NCBI GenBank assembly: GCA_963665115.1
Contig: OY762007.1
Span: 5,664,001-5,728,000, forward strand
DNA from: an uncultured Rivularia sp.
GTDB taxonomy: Bacteria > Cyanobacteriota > Cyanobacteriia > Cyanobacteriales > Nostocaceae
Length of the DNA: 64,000 nt
Direction: 5' to 3'
A program made the position numbers and the translations under genes. Positions 52,891-63,345 of the stretch are shown here, in pieces (the first letter of the stretch is position 1; the number at the start of each line of letters is the position of its first letter). Below the pieces are notes generated by a model. That model was not told the origin of the DNA and did not search any database. It saw only the letters and a list, made by a program, of their open reading frames with translations.

Positions 52891-54315
52891 TCAAGACTTC
52901 ACAGCCACATCTTTATCTTTTTCTTTTTTCTCTTCTTCTTCCGGTAAACCTAACATCGAACGATACAAACTTACATACTTCTTAGCTGAAAGCTCCCAAC
53001 TGAAATTCTGATTCATACCTCGTTGCTGCAATTCTTGCCATTGCGGTTTGAAGCGGAAGCCCTCCCATGCTCGTACCATGCAGGTATATTGGTCTAACGC
53101 TTCGTAACGGTCGAAACAATAACCCGTACCTGCGTTATTCGTTGGATCGTGATGGGATACTGTATCTACCAATCCCCCTGTACGGCGTACAATCGGCACA
53201 CAACCGTAACGCATCGCTAGCATTTGACTGATACCGCAGGGTTCAAAACGACTGGGCATTAAGAATGCATCGCTACCAGCGTAAATGCGACGAGCTAAAG
53301 CATCGTTATATAGTATGTAGCTTGCCATTCTTCCGGGAAAACGAGATGCCATTTGCCACAGTTGGGTTTCGTAATTTCTGTCTCCAGTTCCTAATACTAT
53401 GAATTGAGCATCTGTATAGGATAAAAATTTATCAAGAACCTGCAACATTAAATCAATGCCTTTCTGTTCTACTAAACGGGATACCATCCCAATTAAAAAG
53501 GCTTTGCTATTAACTTCTAATCCCAATTCTTCCTGTAAAGCGATTTTATTCGGCTTGCGTTTCTCTAAACTTTTACTAGTGAATTTCTGTTCAATATACT
53601 TATCTGTTTCTGGGTTGTAAACTTCGGTATCTATACCATTAACAATACCCGATAATTTACCGCTAATAAATGACAGCAACCCCTCCAAGGTTTCGCCATA
53701 ATCAGCCGTCTTAATTTGGTCGGCATAAGTTGGAGAAACCGTAGTTACTTTATCGGCAAACTGTACCGCAGCCGCCATCGTGTTGTGTCCCTGCATATAC
53801 CACGGACACCAGGTAATTTTCTCTAAATACCAGCGCCAAGGACCTTGATAAGCTAAGTTGTGAATCGTAAATACGGTACTAATGTCGGGAGTTTGACTCA
53901 GCCACACCGGAAGCATCCCCGTGTGCCAATCGTGACAGTGAACTATCTCCGGTTTCCAGTAATTCCAGCAAAACTCGGCAGCACCGTTAGCAAAGAAAGT
54001 GAAGCGCCAATCTTCATCCTCGCCGCCATAAACTTTGCGCGGGTCAAAAGCCGGATGTCCAAATAAATACAGTGGAACATCAGTACTGGGAAGCACGGAT
54101 TCGTAAACCGCAAAATCATTGAACATGGCAGAACCCTTCCAAACAGGTTCTTCAGGAATTTCCATCTTATCCGGCAAAAAACCGTAATAAGGCATGAAAA
54201 TTCGGACATCATGCCCCATTTTCCGCAAAATCTTCGGCAATGCACCTACAACATCACCCATTCCGCCAACTTTCGCCACCGGAGCCGCTTCCGCCGCCAC
54301 AAATAGAATCCGCAT
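52891..54315 (-). CDS. glgA: Glycogen synthase
   Basis: [48 protein letters not shown]. Confidence 0.95.
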   Translation of the reverse strand: MRILFVAAEAAPVAKVGGMGDVVGALPKILRKMGHDVRIFMPYYGFLPDKMEIPEEPVWKGSAMFNDFAVYESVLPSTDVPLYLFGHPAFDPRKVYGGEDEDWRFTFFANGAAEFCWNYWKPEIVHCHDWHTGMLPVWLSQTPDISTVFTIHNLAYQGPWRWYLEKITWCPWYMQGHNTMAAAVQFADKVTTVSPTYADQIKTADYGETLEGLLSFISGKLSGIVNGIDTEVYNPETDKYIEQKFTSKSLEKRKPNKIALQEELGLEVNSKAFLIGMVSRLVEQKGIDLMLQVLDKFLSYTDAQFIVLGTGDRNYETQLWQMASRFPGRMASYILYNDALARRIYAGSDAFLMPSRFEPCGISQMLAMRYGCVPIVRRTGGLVDTVSHHDPTNNAGTGYCFDRYEALDQYTCMVRAWEGFRFKPQWQELQQRGMNQNFSWELSAKKYVSLYRSMLGLPEEEEKKEKDKDVAVKS

Positions 54316-54405
54316 TTCAGTTCTCAGTTATCGGTTGTCAGTTATAAGTTATCAGTTGTTGGTTGTTGGTTGATAGTTATTGGTTGTTAATCGTCAATTT
54401 ACTTT

Positions 54406-54530
54406 ACCTGGCGACTGTAAGTCACGGCTACACCGCTCATTGTCCGGCGACCCTGGACTATCTTGAGATGATTGATTTCTAAACCCGCGCAGGGGTTTTT
54501 GCCTGTGTAGTAGTGAATTAATTCGCCGGT
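54406..54530. repeat. Degenerate copy of the REP-like doublet found inside the 33966 MITE
   Basis: CCTGGCGACTGTAAGTCACGGCTACAC matches the reverse complement of about 34091-34117; AACCCGCGCAGG...TGTGTAG arm. Confidence 0.7.
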
Positions 54531-54580
54531 TCTCTTTCAATTCCCAACTATTAACTCCTAACTGCCAACTCCTAACTAAA

Positions 54581-55549
54581 TTAACTGCGATCGAGGGTAG
54601 CAAAAATCTCTTCTAAGATTTCCTGCGCTCCTTGTTCGCGCAAACGCTCCGCTAGTTGACTTCCTATTTTCTCTGGTTCGGATAAGGAACCGGAAACGGT
54701 GTCTTGAACGCGCTTTGTACCGTCGATGCTGGCGACTATGCCCGTCATGGTCAATTCATCACCATTAATTTCGGTATTTACGCCGATGGGTACTTGACAA
54801 CCGCCTTCTAAATCGCGGAGGAAAGCTCTTTCTGCAAGACAGCGATCGCGCGTTTGGGGATGTTCGATTGATTTGAGCAAGGATATCAGTTTTTCGTTGT
54901 CGGCAAGGCATTCGATGCCTAATGCACCTTGTCCGACTGCGTGAAGGGAGATTTCTTTAGGAATGACTTGATGAATGCGCTCTGCCATTCCCAAGCGTCC
55001 TAACCCTGCTGCTGCCAAGATTAAAGCGTCGTATTCCCCTGCGTCAAGTTTACCAAGGCGGGTATTTAAGTTGCCGCGTACATCTTTAAACTCGAAGTGA
55101 GGAAAATGATGCCGCAATTGCGCTAAGCGTCGTAGAGAAGATGTACCGATAACCGCGCCTTCTGGTAAGGTTTCGATTTGCTTATCTTTGTGCTTTTCAT
55201 GCACAACCAAAGCATCTGCCGGGTTTTCTCGCTCGGTAATCGTCGCCAAACCCAATCCCTCTGGCAAACGAGTTGGTAAATCCTTTAGAGAATGAACTGC
55301 AAAATCAATCTCCCGATTGATCATTCCCAATTCCAGTTCTTTGGTGAATAATGCTTTGTCACCAATCTTCGCTAAAGGCACATCCAAGATTTTGTCACCC
55401 TTGGTAGACATGGTGTGAACTTCAAACTGGATTTCGGGAAACTTTAGGGAAAGTTGCTCTTTTACCCAATGTGTCTGGATAAGAGCGAGCTGGCTTTTAC
55501 GAGAACCGATGCGAATGGTAGTGATAGAACTAGAAACAACTGATGTCAT
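54581..55549 (-). CDS. hemC: Hydroxymethylbilane synthase
   Basis: [47 protein letters not shown]. Confidence 0.96.
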   Translation of the reverse strand: MTSVVSSSITTIRIGSRKSQLALIQTHWVKEQLSLKFPEIQFEVHTMSTKGDKILDVPLAKIGDKALFTKELELGMINREIDFAVHSLKDLPTRLPEGLGLATITERENPADALVVHEKHKDKQIETLPEGAVIGTSSLRRLAQLRHHFPHFEFKDVRGNLNTRLGKLDAGEYDALILAAAGLGRLGMAERIHQVIPKEISLHAVGQGALGIECLADNEKLISLLKSIEHPQTRDRCLAERAFLRDLEGGCQVPIGVNTEINGDELTMTGIVASIDGTKRVQDTVSGSLSEPEKIGSQLAERLREQGAQEILEEIFATLDRS

Positions 55550-55847
55550 AAACCGCGCTTTGTGGTTAGCAGGAGATATATTCCTTATATAGACTACCGC
55601 AATCAGGAACTCGAAGAATTGATTTGCATAGTTTGGGTCAAGTCAATTTAGGCATTTTTTAACATTACTTTACGAACTTTTGTTAAATATTTCACAGTTA
55701 AATCTAGAGATGCTAAAAATCACATATCAGGCGGAAGTTTTTATCTTGATTCCTGGTAGAATAGGCAAAAAAATAAATTGCGAAATTATAAAGAATAATT
55801 AATTTTTTGCAGTTGATATTTTAAGTAGGGAATAGGGAACGAGGAAC

Positions 55848-55948
55848 GGGAGCATCCCAGTTTTTATAATTTACCAAGATTTAAGCTGTCATTCCGTTAC
55901 GCTGCATTGGCAATGAGAAAATATATTTTTAAACATTTGGGGTGCTTT
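55848..55948. mobile_element. Decayed MITE of the GGGAGCATCCC family
   Basis: Left end GGGAGCATCCCAGTTTT; degenerate right end ATTTGGGGTGCTTT. Confidence 0.5.
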
Positions 55949-56477
55949 TATAGGCAACAGAATAAATTATAATTAACGGCAAAAAGCTCTATAAAACCTG
56001 CCGTACAAAAATAAATATGCTTTTCAATTAACAGGAAATTAGTATCGTCTTTTTGCTCTATTCTCCGTTCAATATTTTTCGATTATTTAATGCCGCATAC
56101 AAGGTACGGAAGAACTACAATAACAAAGCTTTTTAAATAAGAATATTTTCAATAAAACTGGTTTTAATCAATGCAATTGCTGTAATAATAAAGCAATCAA
56201 TTTTGATGCTGCATTACTACCTCTTAACTAACACATTATAAACTCTTGCCTTACAAGGACTTGAGGAGGACTTTTGCCGTCAAGAGTGGGAAATTAGATT
56301 TACCTATGGGCTATGAGACTGTTAATTCGATTCTCCGTCAGACTTAAATTAAAAAAAAATAAACCCGACTCTAGAAAGAAGAAATCATTCTTTTAAAAAG
56401 ATATTAGTGATTAAGAACAAGAATCATTTTACAAAAAATGTCAGTTGATAATTTAGAGAATTTAGGAGTAAATCGCA

Positions 56478-58052
56478 TTGAAATTTGTATCAGAGCCTAC
56501 TATCGCTGAAAAAATTCGTAAAATGAAGCAGCGGGTGAAATGGGGAGACTCCGCAATAGTTGAACGAAATATTGACCAAACAAGTTTAGTTATAGATGAT
56601 GGTAAAACCGACGATGTAGAATTTTCTTTTTTAGTAGTAGGTGATAGCGGTACGGGTTCTCACCGGGGACATAGCCCGATGAGAAGAATCGCCGAACTGA
56701 TGATACCCCACTACGATGAATGTCGGTTTATGCTGCATACAGGCGATGTCGTTTATCAAGTGGGTTCAAGCGAATATTACCCCAAAAACTTTATTAAACC
56801 CTATCGCGAACTTATTGTTGGCGGCGAACATTATAAAAAAGTTGCTTATGACGAAATGGTTTTCAAGATGCCTATATTGCCCGTATTAGGAAACCACGAT
56901 TATTATGACTTACCAATTATATTCGGCTTGATATCGGCAACAACTTTACCGTTTCGTCGCTTTATTCCGTCAAAATTAGATATTGAAGTTGGTAGACACG
57001 GTTCTCACAAAGGTGATGCATTTGCACGAGCATTTTTCGATTATCTAAGCAAGTTTAATTTTCCGGGTGAATTCGCACGTCATTTGGATGAATACTACAC
57101 CGCTAAAACAGATTCAGGAAGATGTCTTCGTTACGTACCGGGGCAATTTACCCGTCTTCCTAATCGTTACTATACATTCCGTTACGGTGGGATTGATTTC
57201 TTTGCTTTAGATTCTAATACTATTAACGATCCGCTTCCTTTACCAGATACAAAGGAAGGACAAGCTTATCGCTCATTGTTGCAAAAAAGACGCGACGAGT
57301 TAGAACGAGAGCAAGAAGAAATTAGAGAAACTTCCGACAACTTAAATCCGAATAATCCCAACGACGCAGAACAAATCGATGATCTACAGTCGAAGCTGTC
57401 GCAAATCGAGGAAATGATTGTTGATATTGAGAAGCAATTAAATACTCCCAGGATTGTAGTTGTCGATACCGAACAACTTGAATGGCTAAAGCAGCGTTTA
57501 GTAGAATCTTGGAATTCATCGGAAGTGCGGGGACGAGTAGTTTATTTTCATCATCCTCCCTACGTTACTGAAGCAACTAAATGGGAACAAGCCCAGACTC
57601 TCACAGTTCGTAGCCGCATCCGAAAAGTTCTTAACGAAGTTGCTGGAGAGGTAAGTTCCTTAACTCAAGGTCGCCCTATAGTGGATTTAGTGTTAAACGG
57701 ACACGCCCACTGCATGGAACATATAGAAACATTAGATACAGGTAACGCCGACTCTAACATCAACTGGATAGTTTGCGGAGGTAGCGGACATAGCTTGCGG
57801 CGACAGCGGGAAGAAGGAGCAGACTTACAGGAATATTTATCAACGAGCGACAAAGAAAAATCTAAGGTAATTGCGCGATCGCATCTTTTTGTCGGGCGTA
57901 ACGGTTCCGGTTCCCATAAAAGAAGACCTTATTCAGGACTTCGGATTGATGTAAAAGAAGGTTCTCCACCCAAGTTCGTAGTCAAACCATTAGTTGCAGA
58001 ACGCTATCAAAGGGAATGGCATCAACCAGAAATGGAATCATTTATAATTTAA
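56478..58052 (+). CDS. Calcineurin-like metallophosphoesterase with internal coiled coil
   Basis: GDSG, GDVVY, GNHDY, HHPPY, GHAH; AGGAG RBS with TTG start. Confidence 0.85.
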   Translation: MKFVSEPTIAEKIRKMKQRVKWGDSAIVERNIDQTSLVIDDGKTDDVEFSFLVVGDSGTGSHRGHSPMRRIAELMIPHYDECRFMLHTGDVVYQVGSSEYYPKNFIKPYRELIVGGEHYKKVAYDEMVFKMPILPVLGNHDYYDLPIIFGLISATTLPFRRFIPSKLDIEVGRHGSHKGDAFARAFFDYLSKFNFPGEFARHLDEYYTAKTDSGRCLRYVPGQFTRLPNRYYTFRYGGIDFFALDSNTINDPLPLPDTKEGQAYRSLLQKRRDELEREQEEIRETSDNLNPNNPNDAEQIDDLQSKLSQIEEMIVDIEKQLNTPRIVVVDTEQLEWLKQRLVESWNSSEVRGRVVYFHHPPYVTEATKWEQAQTLTVRSRIRKVLNEVAGEVSSLTQGRPIVDLVLNGHAHCMEHIETLDTGNADSNINWIVCGGSGHSLRRQREEGADLQEYLSTSDKEKSKVIARSHLFVGRNGSGSHKRRPYSGLRIDVKEGSPPKFVVKPLVAERYQREWHQPEMESFII

Positions 58053-58081
58053 ACCGAATTGAATTATTTGTAAGAATATAG

Positions 58082-58111
58082 AAACCCGGTATCTTAAAGA
58101 TACTGGGTTTC
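58082..58111. repeat. Palindromic hairpin (terminator-like dispersed repeat)
   Basis: AAACCCGGTATCTTAAAGATACTGGGTTT; related hairpin near 58940-58968. Confidence 0.6.
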
Positions 58112-58287
58112 TTAAATGCAAGATTAATTATTGCTGAAAAATTTATTATTTGAAACCATTTTCATCCGGGAGTATCCCATATTTTTCATTTTGCGGATTT
58201 TTCAACAATTGGAATATTCATGAGGATAATCCAAAATCCAAAATCGAATTGATTTTTGACTTTTGGCTTCTGCCAAGATTCAAAAAA

Positions 58288-58656
58288 TTAAATCGCACCT
58301 GGTCCTTTACCACGAGTGTCAGCTTCCATTGTTAAATCGCCATCTTTTTCTTCATTAACTTCTTTAAGCTCCTCAGCACGTTGTGCAGCTTCTTCTTGTG
58401 CTTGTGCTTTAGCATCACCAGGTTCTTCGTAGTACATTTCCGGCTCAACTGCGTAATTATTTACCAAGCCTTCTTTATCTACGGTATAACCTTCAGAAGT
58501 ATCTAAACTTGAATCTTCTTCTTTGTCAGGAGTATCTTTATAATTACCTTTCTCTCTTTCTCTACGAGCCGCAGTCTCAGCAGGAACTATACCTCTATCG
58601 TATTTTTCCTCTTGAACGCGATCGGATGAATCTACAGCTTTATTCTTATCAGCCAT
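58288..58656 (-). CDS. Conserved acidic cyanobacterial hypothetical protein
   Basis: YDRGIVPAETAAR, GYTVDKEGL.NNYAVEPEMY; GGAG RBS. Confidence 0.75.
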   Translation of the reverse strand: MADKNKAVDSSDRVQEEKYDRGIVPAETAARREREKGNYKDTPDKEEDSSLDTSEGYTVDKEGLVNNYAVEPEMYYEEPGDAKAQAQEEAAQRAEELKEVNEEKDGDLTMEADTRGKGPGAI

Positions 58657-59014
58657 TACTACTGCTCCTTATTAAATAGTTTCTTAATTAACTTCTAAAA
58701 CTAGATTAGGTTAATAGATGGTGAAGAACATACTATCGTTAGAAGTGTCTTAACCTAAATAGTCACTAATTTTTCTCTTTCGCAAGATATAAATATAAGC
58801 AAAAATTATTGTAACTATAGTATGAATTTACCGCTCTATTTGATTTTAGGGACTTCCAAAAAATAATTTATCCAAAATTGTAGTCGGAGCTTGCGGAGCA
58901 GACACTAAGGAAATTAATTGGAGCAACTATCAAAAATAAAAAACCCGACTTCTTAAAAAAATCGGGTTTACATTATTAGAAATTAGTTCAAAGTACTACA
59001 GAGGTGAAGGAAAA

Positions 59015-59467
59015 TTAGTTCAAAGATTCCGTCTTATTTTGACCTGTAATTTGTTTTTTGAAAGACTCAATTTCAGCGGCTAATTCTTTTCTAGTTGGTG
59101 CTTTAAGTAGGTAGCGGAATACAAACCAACCAGTATATCCAATTCCAATCAACTCAAAAACAGAAGATACCAAAGGAATATCGTTAACCGCAGCGAGCAT
59201 TGCTAACACAACTCTCAAAGCGACGAATGATGCTAAAAACACTGCAAGCCCAATAAGCGGTGTTTTATATGCGCTGTAAAACTTGTTTAAGTCTTCAGGA
59301 ATCTCTGCCAAGAATTGAGAAATTTTGGCCCCAACCATTTCTAATTGATTAGGTTCCTCAGCAGGTGGTAACTTCGCTATAGTTTGGGGATTAGTACCAT
59401 CTAACGCTGGCATCTCGCTTTGTAAAGCGGTATCAACCTTTTGTGGTTCCTTATATTCTGTCTCCAT
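59015..59467 (-). CDS. CAAD-domain (CURT1/CurT-like) thylakoid membrane protein
   Basis: AVNDIPLVS.VFELIGIGYT.WF..RYLL....RKEL. Confidence 0.85.
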   Translation of the reverse strand: METEYKEPQKVDTALQSEMPALDGTNPQTIAKLPPAEEPNQLEMVGAKISQFLAEIPEDLNKFYSAYKTPLIGLAVFLASFVALRVVLAMLAAVNDIPLVSSVFELIGIGYTGWFVFRYLLKAPTRKELAAEIESFKKQITGQNKTESLN

Positions 59468-59894
59468 TTTTTTCTCCTTACTTTAATAAATTTAACGACG
59501 TTTCTGTATTTTCAAGCTTCAGCCTAAAATTTTTAGTGCTATGGTATCAGCCCACCCATTCACCATATTTACTTTACCCTCTGAAAAAAAACACTTGTTT
59601 GTTAATTTATTGTTACTTTCATGTGTAGCTAGATAAAAGCCTTTGTTATCGAGTATGGGTTATTGGGCATAGGGCATAGGGCATTGAATGCAGCAAAACA
59701 ACGTATTTACATTCTTTGACATAAATTTTTTATTATTGCTCCTTAATCTATTTCTACATTTACTAATAAATTCTTCATCAATCTCTTGGAACATTATTCA
59801 TCTCTATCAAGAGATACAGTTATCAGTCAGCAGTGAGCAGTTAGGAGTTGATAGATAAATGTCCCCTTGTCCCCTTGTCCCCCCATCTCTCCCT

Positions 59895-59972
59895 ACCCTT
59901 CGGGAACACCTCCGGTGAACAGGTTGCGCCACTTCTCTCAACGGAGGGAGACGACCCCACCACGAGAGTGGC
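59895..59972. repeat. Nested SDR-like repeats, with copy 3 at 59928-59972
   Basis: CCCTTCGGGAACACCTCCGGTGAAC followed by GCCACTTCTCTCAACGG...CACGAGAGTGGC within STRR. Confidence 0.6.
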
Positions 59973-60129
59973 TTACCATCTCCCCCTCTCCCCATCGTGA
60001 TAAACGTCACTTTGTTTCGAGACTGAAATCACTTTGCGGTGCTTGGGTTTTCACTTAGATTATGAAAAAGATGAGTTATAACTGAAGCAAAAATATGGAT
60101 ACGTTTATAGTTTGCTCAGAGGAATTACT

Positions 60130-60276
60130 ATGTATGAGAAGCTTCTACTAGCGATTGGTTTAACGTTGGCTCTCCATTTATGCACGCTAACAGGTTTATT
60201 TTCTCTTAGTCAAACTAGCCAAGAAGGTATACAAAACGAAACCTTTTTGTTTGTGGCGCAGAAGCATAAAAATTAA
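60130..60276 (+). CDS. Small 48-aa protein with signal-like N-terminus (below the ORF-track cutoff)
   Basis: AGAGGA RBS; MYEKLLLAIGLTLALHLCTLTGLFSLSQTSQEGIQNETFLFVAQKHKN*. Confidence 0.55.
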   Translation: MYEKLLLAIGLTLALHLCTLTGLFSLSQTSQEGIQNETFLFVAQKHKN

Positions 60277-60435
60277 ATATAGGCTTGGTGTGATTAATTG
60301 ATAACTAGAATATTTGAAGTTTGAGTTTAACCTAAAAAATACGAGTTTTCACTTAGCTACAATAGCAGATAGTATTAATTATTATAGGTTAAGCTGGGTA
60401 GTCAGTAAAACATACTGCTATCTATTGACTCAGAG

Positions 60436-61209
60436 ATGAAAAATCAATTCGTTATAGCTACAATCGTATTTCTTTCGAGTTTTAGTTTCGCAACCGCAGC
60501 CCAAGCAGCAAATCCCGCACACGTTAGACAGTTACTAGCAACTAAGCAATGTGCAAACTGCGATTTGAGCGGTGCGGGTTTGGTAATGTCTGATTTATCT
60601 GGAGCAGATTTACGTGGTGCAAATTTAACTGGTGCAAATCTTAGTCGTGCAAACTTGAATGGTGCCGATTTGCGCGATGCTAATTTAAGCGGTGCTGGAT
60701 TATTCGGCGCTAATTTGAATGGTGCGAAACTCAACCGTGTAAATTTATTGGGTGCCGATTTAAGAAATACTTATCTTGTAAACGCACAGCTAACAGATAT
60801 AGACGTAGATACAGCTAATTTACAAGGAGCAACTGGTATCTCATCTCAAGTTGCTAAGCCAGAGCAATTTTATGCTTGGGGTATAGCTTCGGCAGAAAAA
60901 GGTAATTTACAACAAGCAACACAATATTTTAATCAAGCCATTGATGCCAAACCCGATTACGCCGGAGCTTACTTAGCTCGCGGTATTGCTCGCTATCATA
61001 TGTTAGATAGCAAAGGTGCTGTTGAAGATGCTCAATTTGCGGAAAAACTATTCAAATCTCAGAAAGACATTACAGGAATACAAACAGCACAAGTATTTAT
61101 TTTAGAAGTAAAAACACCCCAAGAAGGAAAAGTACGTCCATCTAAACCAACTTTAATGGACTTTGTTGGCAGTTTAAGTTCTGTATTACTTCAGTTTTTA
61201 CCGTTTTAA
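60436..61209 (+). CDS. Secreted pentapeptide-repeat protein with TPR
   Basis: Signal peptide, [12 protein letters not shown](D/N)LXX repeats, TPR FNQAI...P..A.AY..RG. Confidence 0.88.
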   Translation: MKNQFVIATIVFLSSFSFATAAQAANPAHVRQLLATKQCANCDLSGAGLVMSDLSGADLRGANLTGANLSRANLNGADLRDANLSGAGLFGANLNGAKLNRVNLLGADLRNTYLVNAQLTDIDVDTANLQGATGISSQVAKPEQFYAWGIASAEKGNLQQATQYFNQAIDAKPDYAGAYLARGIARYHMLDSKGAVEDAQFAEKLFKSQKDITGIQTAQVFILEVKTPQEGKVRPSKPTLMDFVGSLSSVLLQFLPF

Positions 61210-61350
61210 GAATCGGGGATTAGGGAATGAGAGGAGGGAGAGGGGGTAGAGGAGGGAGAGGGGGTAGAGTGGGGAGAGGGGGAGACGAGGAGACGAGGAG
61301 ACAAGGAGAAATTAATTGATAATTGATAATTGATAACTGATAACTGATTT

Positions 61351-61971
61351 ATGGTTTCTGATGATTTGTGGAAAGATAATAACGATTTAGCTTCATGTTG
61401 TTTGGAGCATCCTTTTGTAAGAGGAATTGCCGATGGTACTTTGGAACGGCAGAAATTCGCTTATTATGTGGGACAAGATGCTTTTTTCTTGGAATCTTTC
61501 GCTCGTGCTTACAGTATCGCTGCTGCGAAATCTCCAGATTTTTCTGTATTCACGACGTTTCACAATTTAGCTAGTGGTGTATTGGAAGAATTACAGCTTC
61601 ACCAAGGTTATGCTCGCGAGTGGAGTGTGGATTTACAGATACAGCAACCAGGTAATGCAACTCGTCGCTACATAGATTTTTTAATCGCAACTGCTTGGAG
61701 TGGTGATATCGGTTTAATTGCTGCTGCTATGTCTCCTTGTATGGGTTTATATGCTTTTTTAGGAACGGAATTAGCAAAAAACGGTATTCCAAATCATCAA
61801 TATGCAGACTGGATTCGTACTTACAGCAGTTCGGATTTTCAACCTTTAGCGGAAGAATTGGCAAATCTCCTCGATACTCATGGAAGTAATACCGCAGCAG
61901 TCGCTTCCGCTTATAGATATGCAATGTCATGCGAATTAGACTTTTTTCAAGCAGCGTGGGAAGTCAGTTAA
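61351..61971 (+). CDS. tenA: TenA family protein (aminopyrimidine aminohydrolase/thiaminase II-like)
   Basis: HPFV..I.DG.L...F.YYV.QD, PCM.LY, Y..WI.TY, E..FF. Confidence 0.82.
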   Translation: MVSDDLWKDNNDLASCCLEHPFVRGIADGTLERQKFAYYVGQDAFFLESFARAYSIAAAKSPDFSVFTTFHNLASGVLEELQLHQGYAREWSVDLQIQQPGNATRRYIDFLIATAWSGDIGLIAAAMSPCMGLYAFLGTELAKNGIPNHQYADWIRTYSSSDFQPLAEELANLLDTHGSNTAAVASAYRYAMSCELDFFQAAWEVS

Positions 61972-62031
61972 CAGTTAACAATTATCAATTACCAATTTTC
62001 TACCCCCTCTTCCCCCTCTCTCTTTCACACT

Positions 62032-63003
62032 TCAACCCTGCCAATCTCCTAACTGCGTAACTAAGAAATAGCGCACGTGTTGGACAAAATCTGGACCAAA
62101 TTTTCTTGTTCCGTGCCCCATTCCAGGAACGACGTAAACATCACCATCGGGAAATTTTTGAGCGCAAGCACGGGTATGTTTAACGCTTACAATCGGATCG
62201 TTAGCACCAATTAAAAAGCGAACTCGACGCGGTAATTTAACTGACTCAACGAAATTCATGGGATTGCATTCGAGGGCGTATTCATCTTCGTATTTTAATT
62301 TTTTGGCTAACTGCAAAATTTTCACCATTGGCTGCAAATCCGGTTGGAAACGTTTTAATATTGATTCGGCAATTCCACCCAAGGGTGAAGCTGCAATATC
62401 TGGTAAAAACGAATATCCCCAACTTTTGGCGAAGGATTTTAAGTCCCCATGCCCAATAGTTCCTAAAAGTCTTTCTCCCATTCCATTTGCAGTAAAGGCG
62501 TAGGTGGAAAACAACACTCCCATACTTACCCCAAATAATGCAACTCTGGAATCATCAAGTCCGTATTTATGACTGCAAAATTCTTTAACTCTAGCAATGT
62601 CGTTAGCGGTGCTACGAAATATTGACAGTAGCATGGCTGTATCGAAGGGAATTCCTCGATCGAGCAAAGGTTTAATTTCTTTGTCTACCATACTTGTAAA
62701 GCTACGTACCAAGCTACGCTCGCCAGCTAATGGTGTATCGAATAAAGCTACAGCTATGCCCATTTGAGTCAGCGTCGGCACAATAAAAGCATTCCAACCG
62801 TAAGGGGCGCACATTCCCTGTAAACCAATTACTAAGGGTGTATGCTCTCTTGAACGATAGCTAGGCAAAAATACAGCTACCGGAAATCCACTTAATCGCT
62901 CATCTATATCTGTTACCCCAGTATAAGGATAATGTTCGTGAAACCAATAGCGATCGCCAGTTACACCTGCAAAAGTAATCGAGTCAGGTTCGTATATTGG
63001 CAT
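62032..63003 (-). CDS. Alpha/beta hydrolase
   Basis: GVSMG elbow, G.NDPIV, PGMGHG. Confidence 0.75.
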   Translation of the reverse strand: MPIYEPDSITFAGVTGDRYWFHEHYPYTGVTDIDERLSGFPVAVFLPSYRSREHTPLVIGLQGMCAPYGWNAFIVPTLTQMGIAVALFDTPLAGERSLVRSFTSMVDKEIKPLLDRGIPFDTAMLLSIFRSTANDIARVKEFCSHKYGLDDSRVALFGVSMGVLFSTYAFTANGMGERLLGTIGHGDLKSFAKSWGYSFLPDIAASPLGGIAESILKRFQPDLQPMVKILQLAKKLKYEDEYALECNPMNFVESVKLPRRVRFLIGANDPIVSVKHTRACAQKFPDGDVYVVPGMGHGTRKFGPDFVQHVRYFLVTQLGDWQG

Positions 63004-63183
63004 ACAAATAATTAAGTAAAATTAGCTATATATTTACTATTTATTTATATAACTTTCCCCAATTTTCGATGTAAACCAAATGTGGAAAATGAAATTAATT
63101 TTGCATGGTTAGTTCTGATTTTTGTAGATGTATTTTTACAAAAAATTCCCATAAACTAGGTTTGTGTCAAAAAATGTAAATTT

Positions 63184-63199
63184 TGTAAAATGCCTTACA
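63184..63199. promoter_or_regulatory. Possible NtcA site
   Basis: TGTA-AAATGCCT-TACA fits TGTA-N8-TACA in the divergent hydrolase/ilvD spacer; no canonically spaced -10 box seen. Confidence 0.35.
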
Positions 63200-63345
63200 G
63201 TTACTTTTTTGCTTAGCTTGACTGGGGTTAGGAGAAACCAATACATTTATGCCTACCTATTGCCAATCAATAGTTTCTGATATTTTGAGATAATCTACGG
63301 AGCAAAAGCGCCTCGATGATAAATAATGGCGCGGAGGGGAACTTA

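Noticed and set aside
61210..61350. TPP riboswitch upstream of tenA
   Set aside because: The spacer is only purine-rich and heptamer STRR; no conserved TPP aptamer motifs seen.
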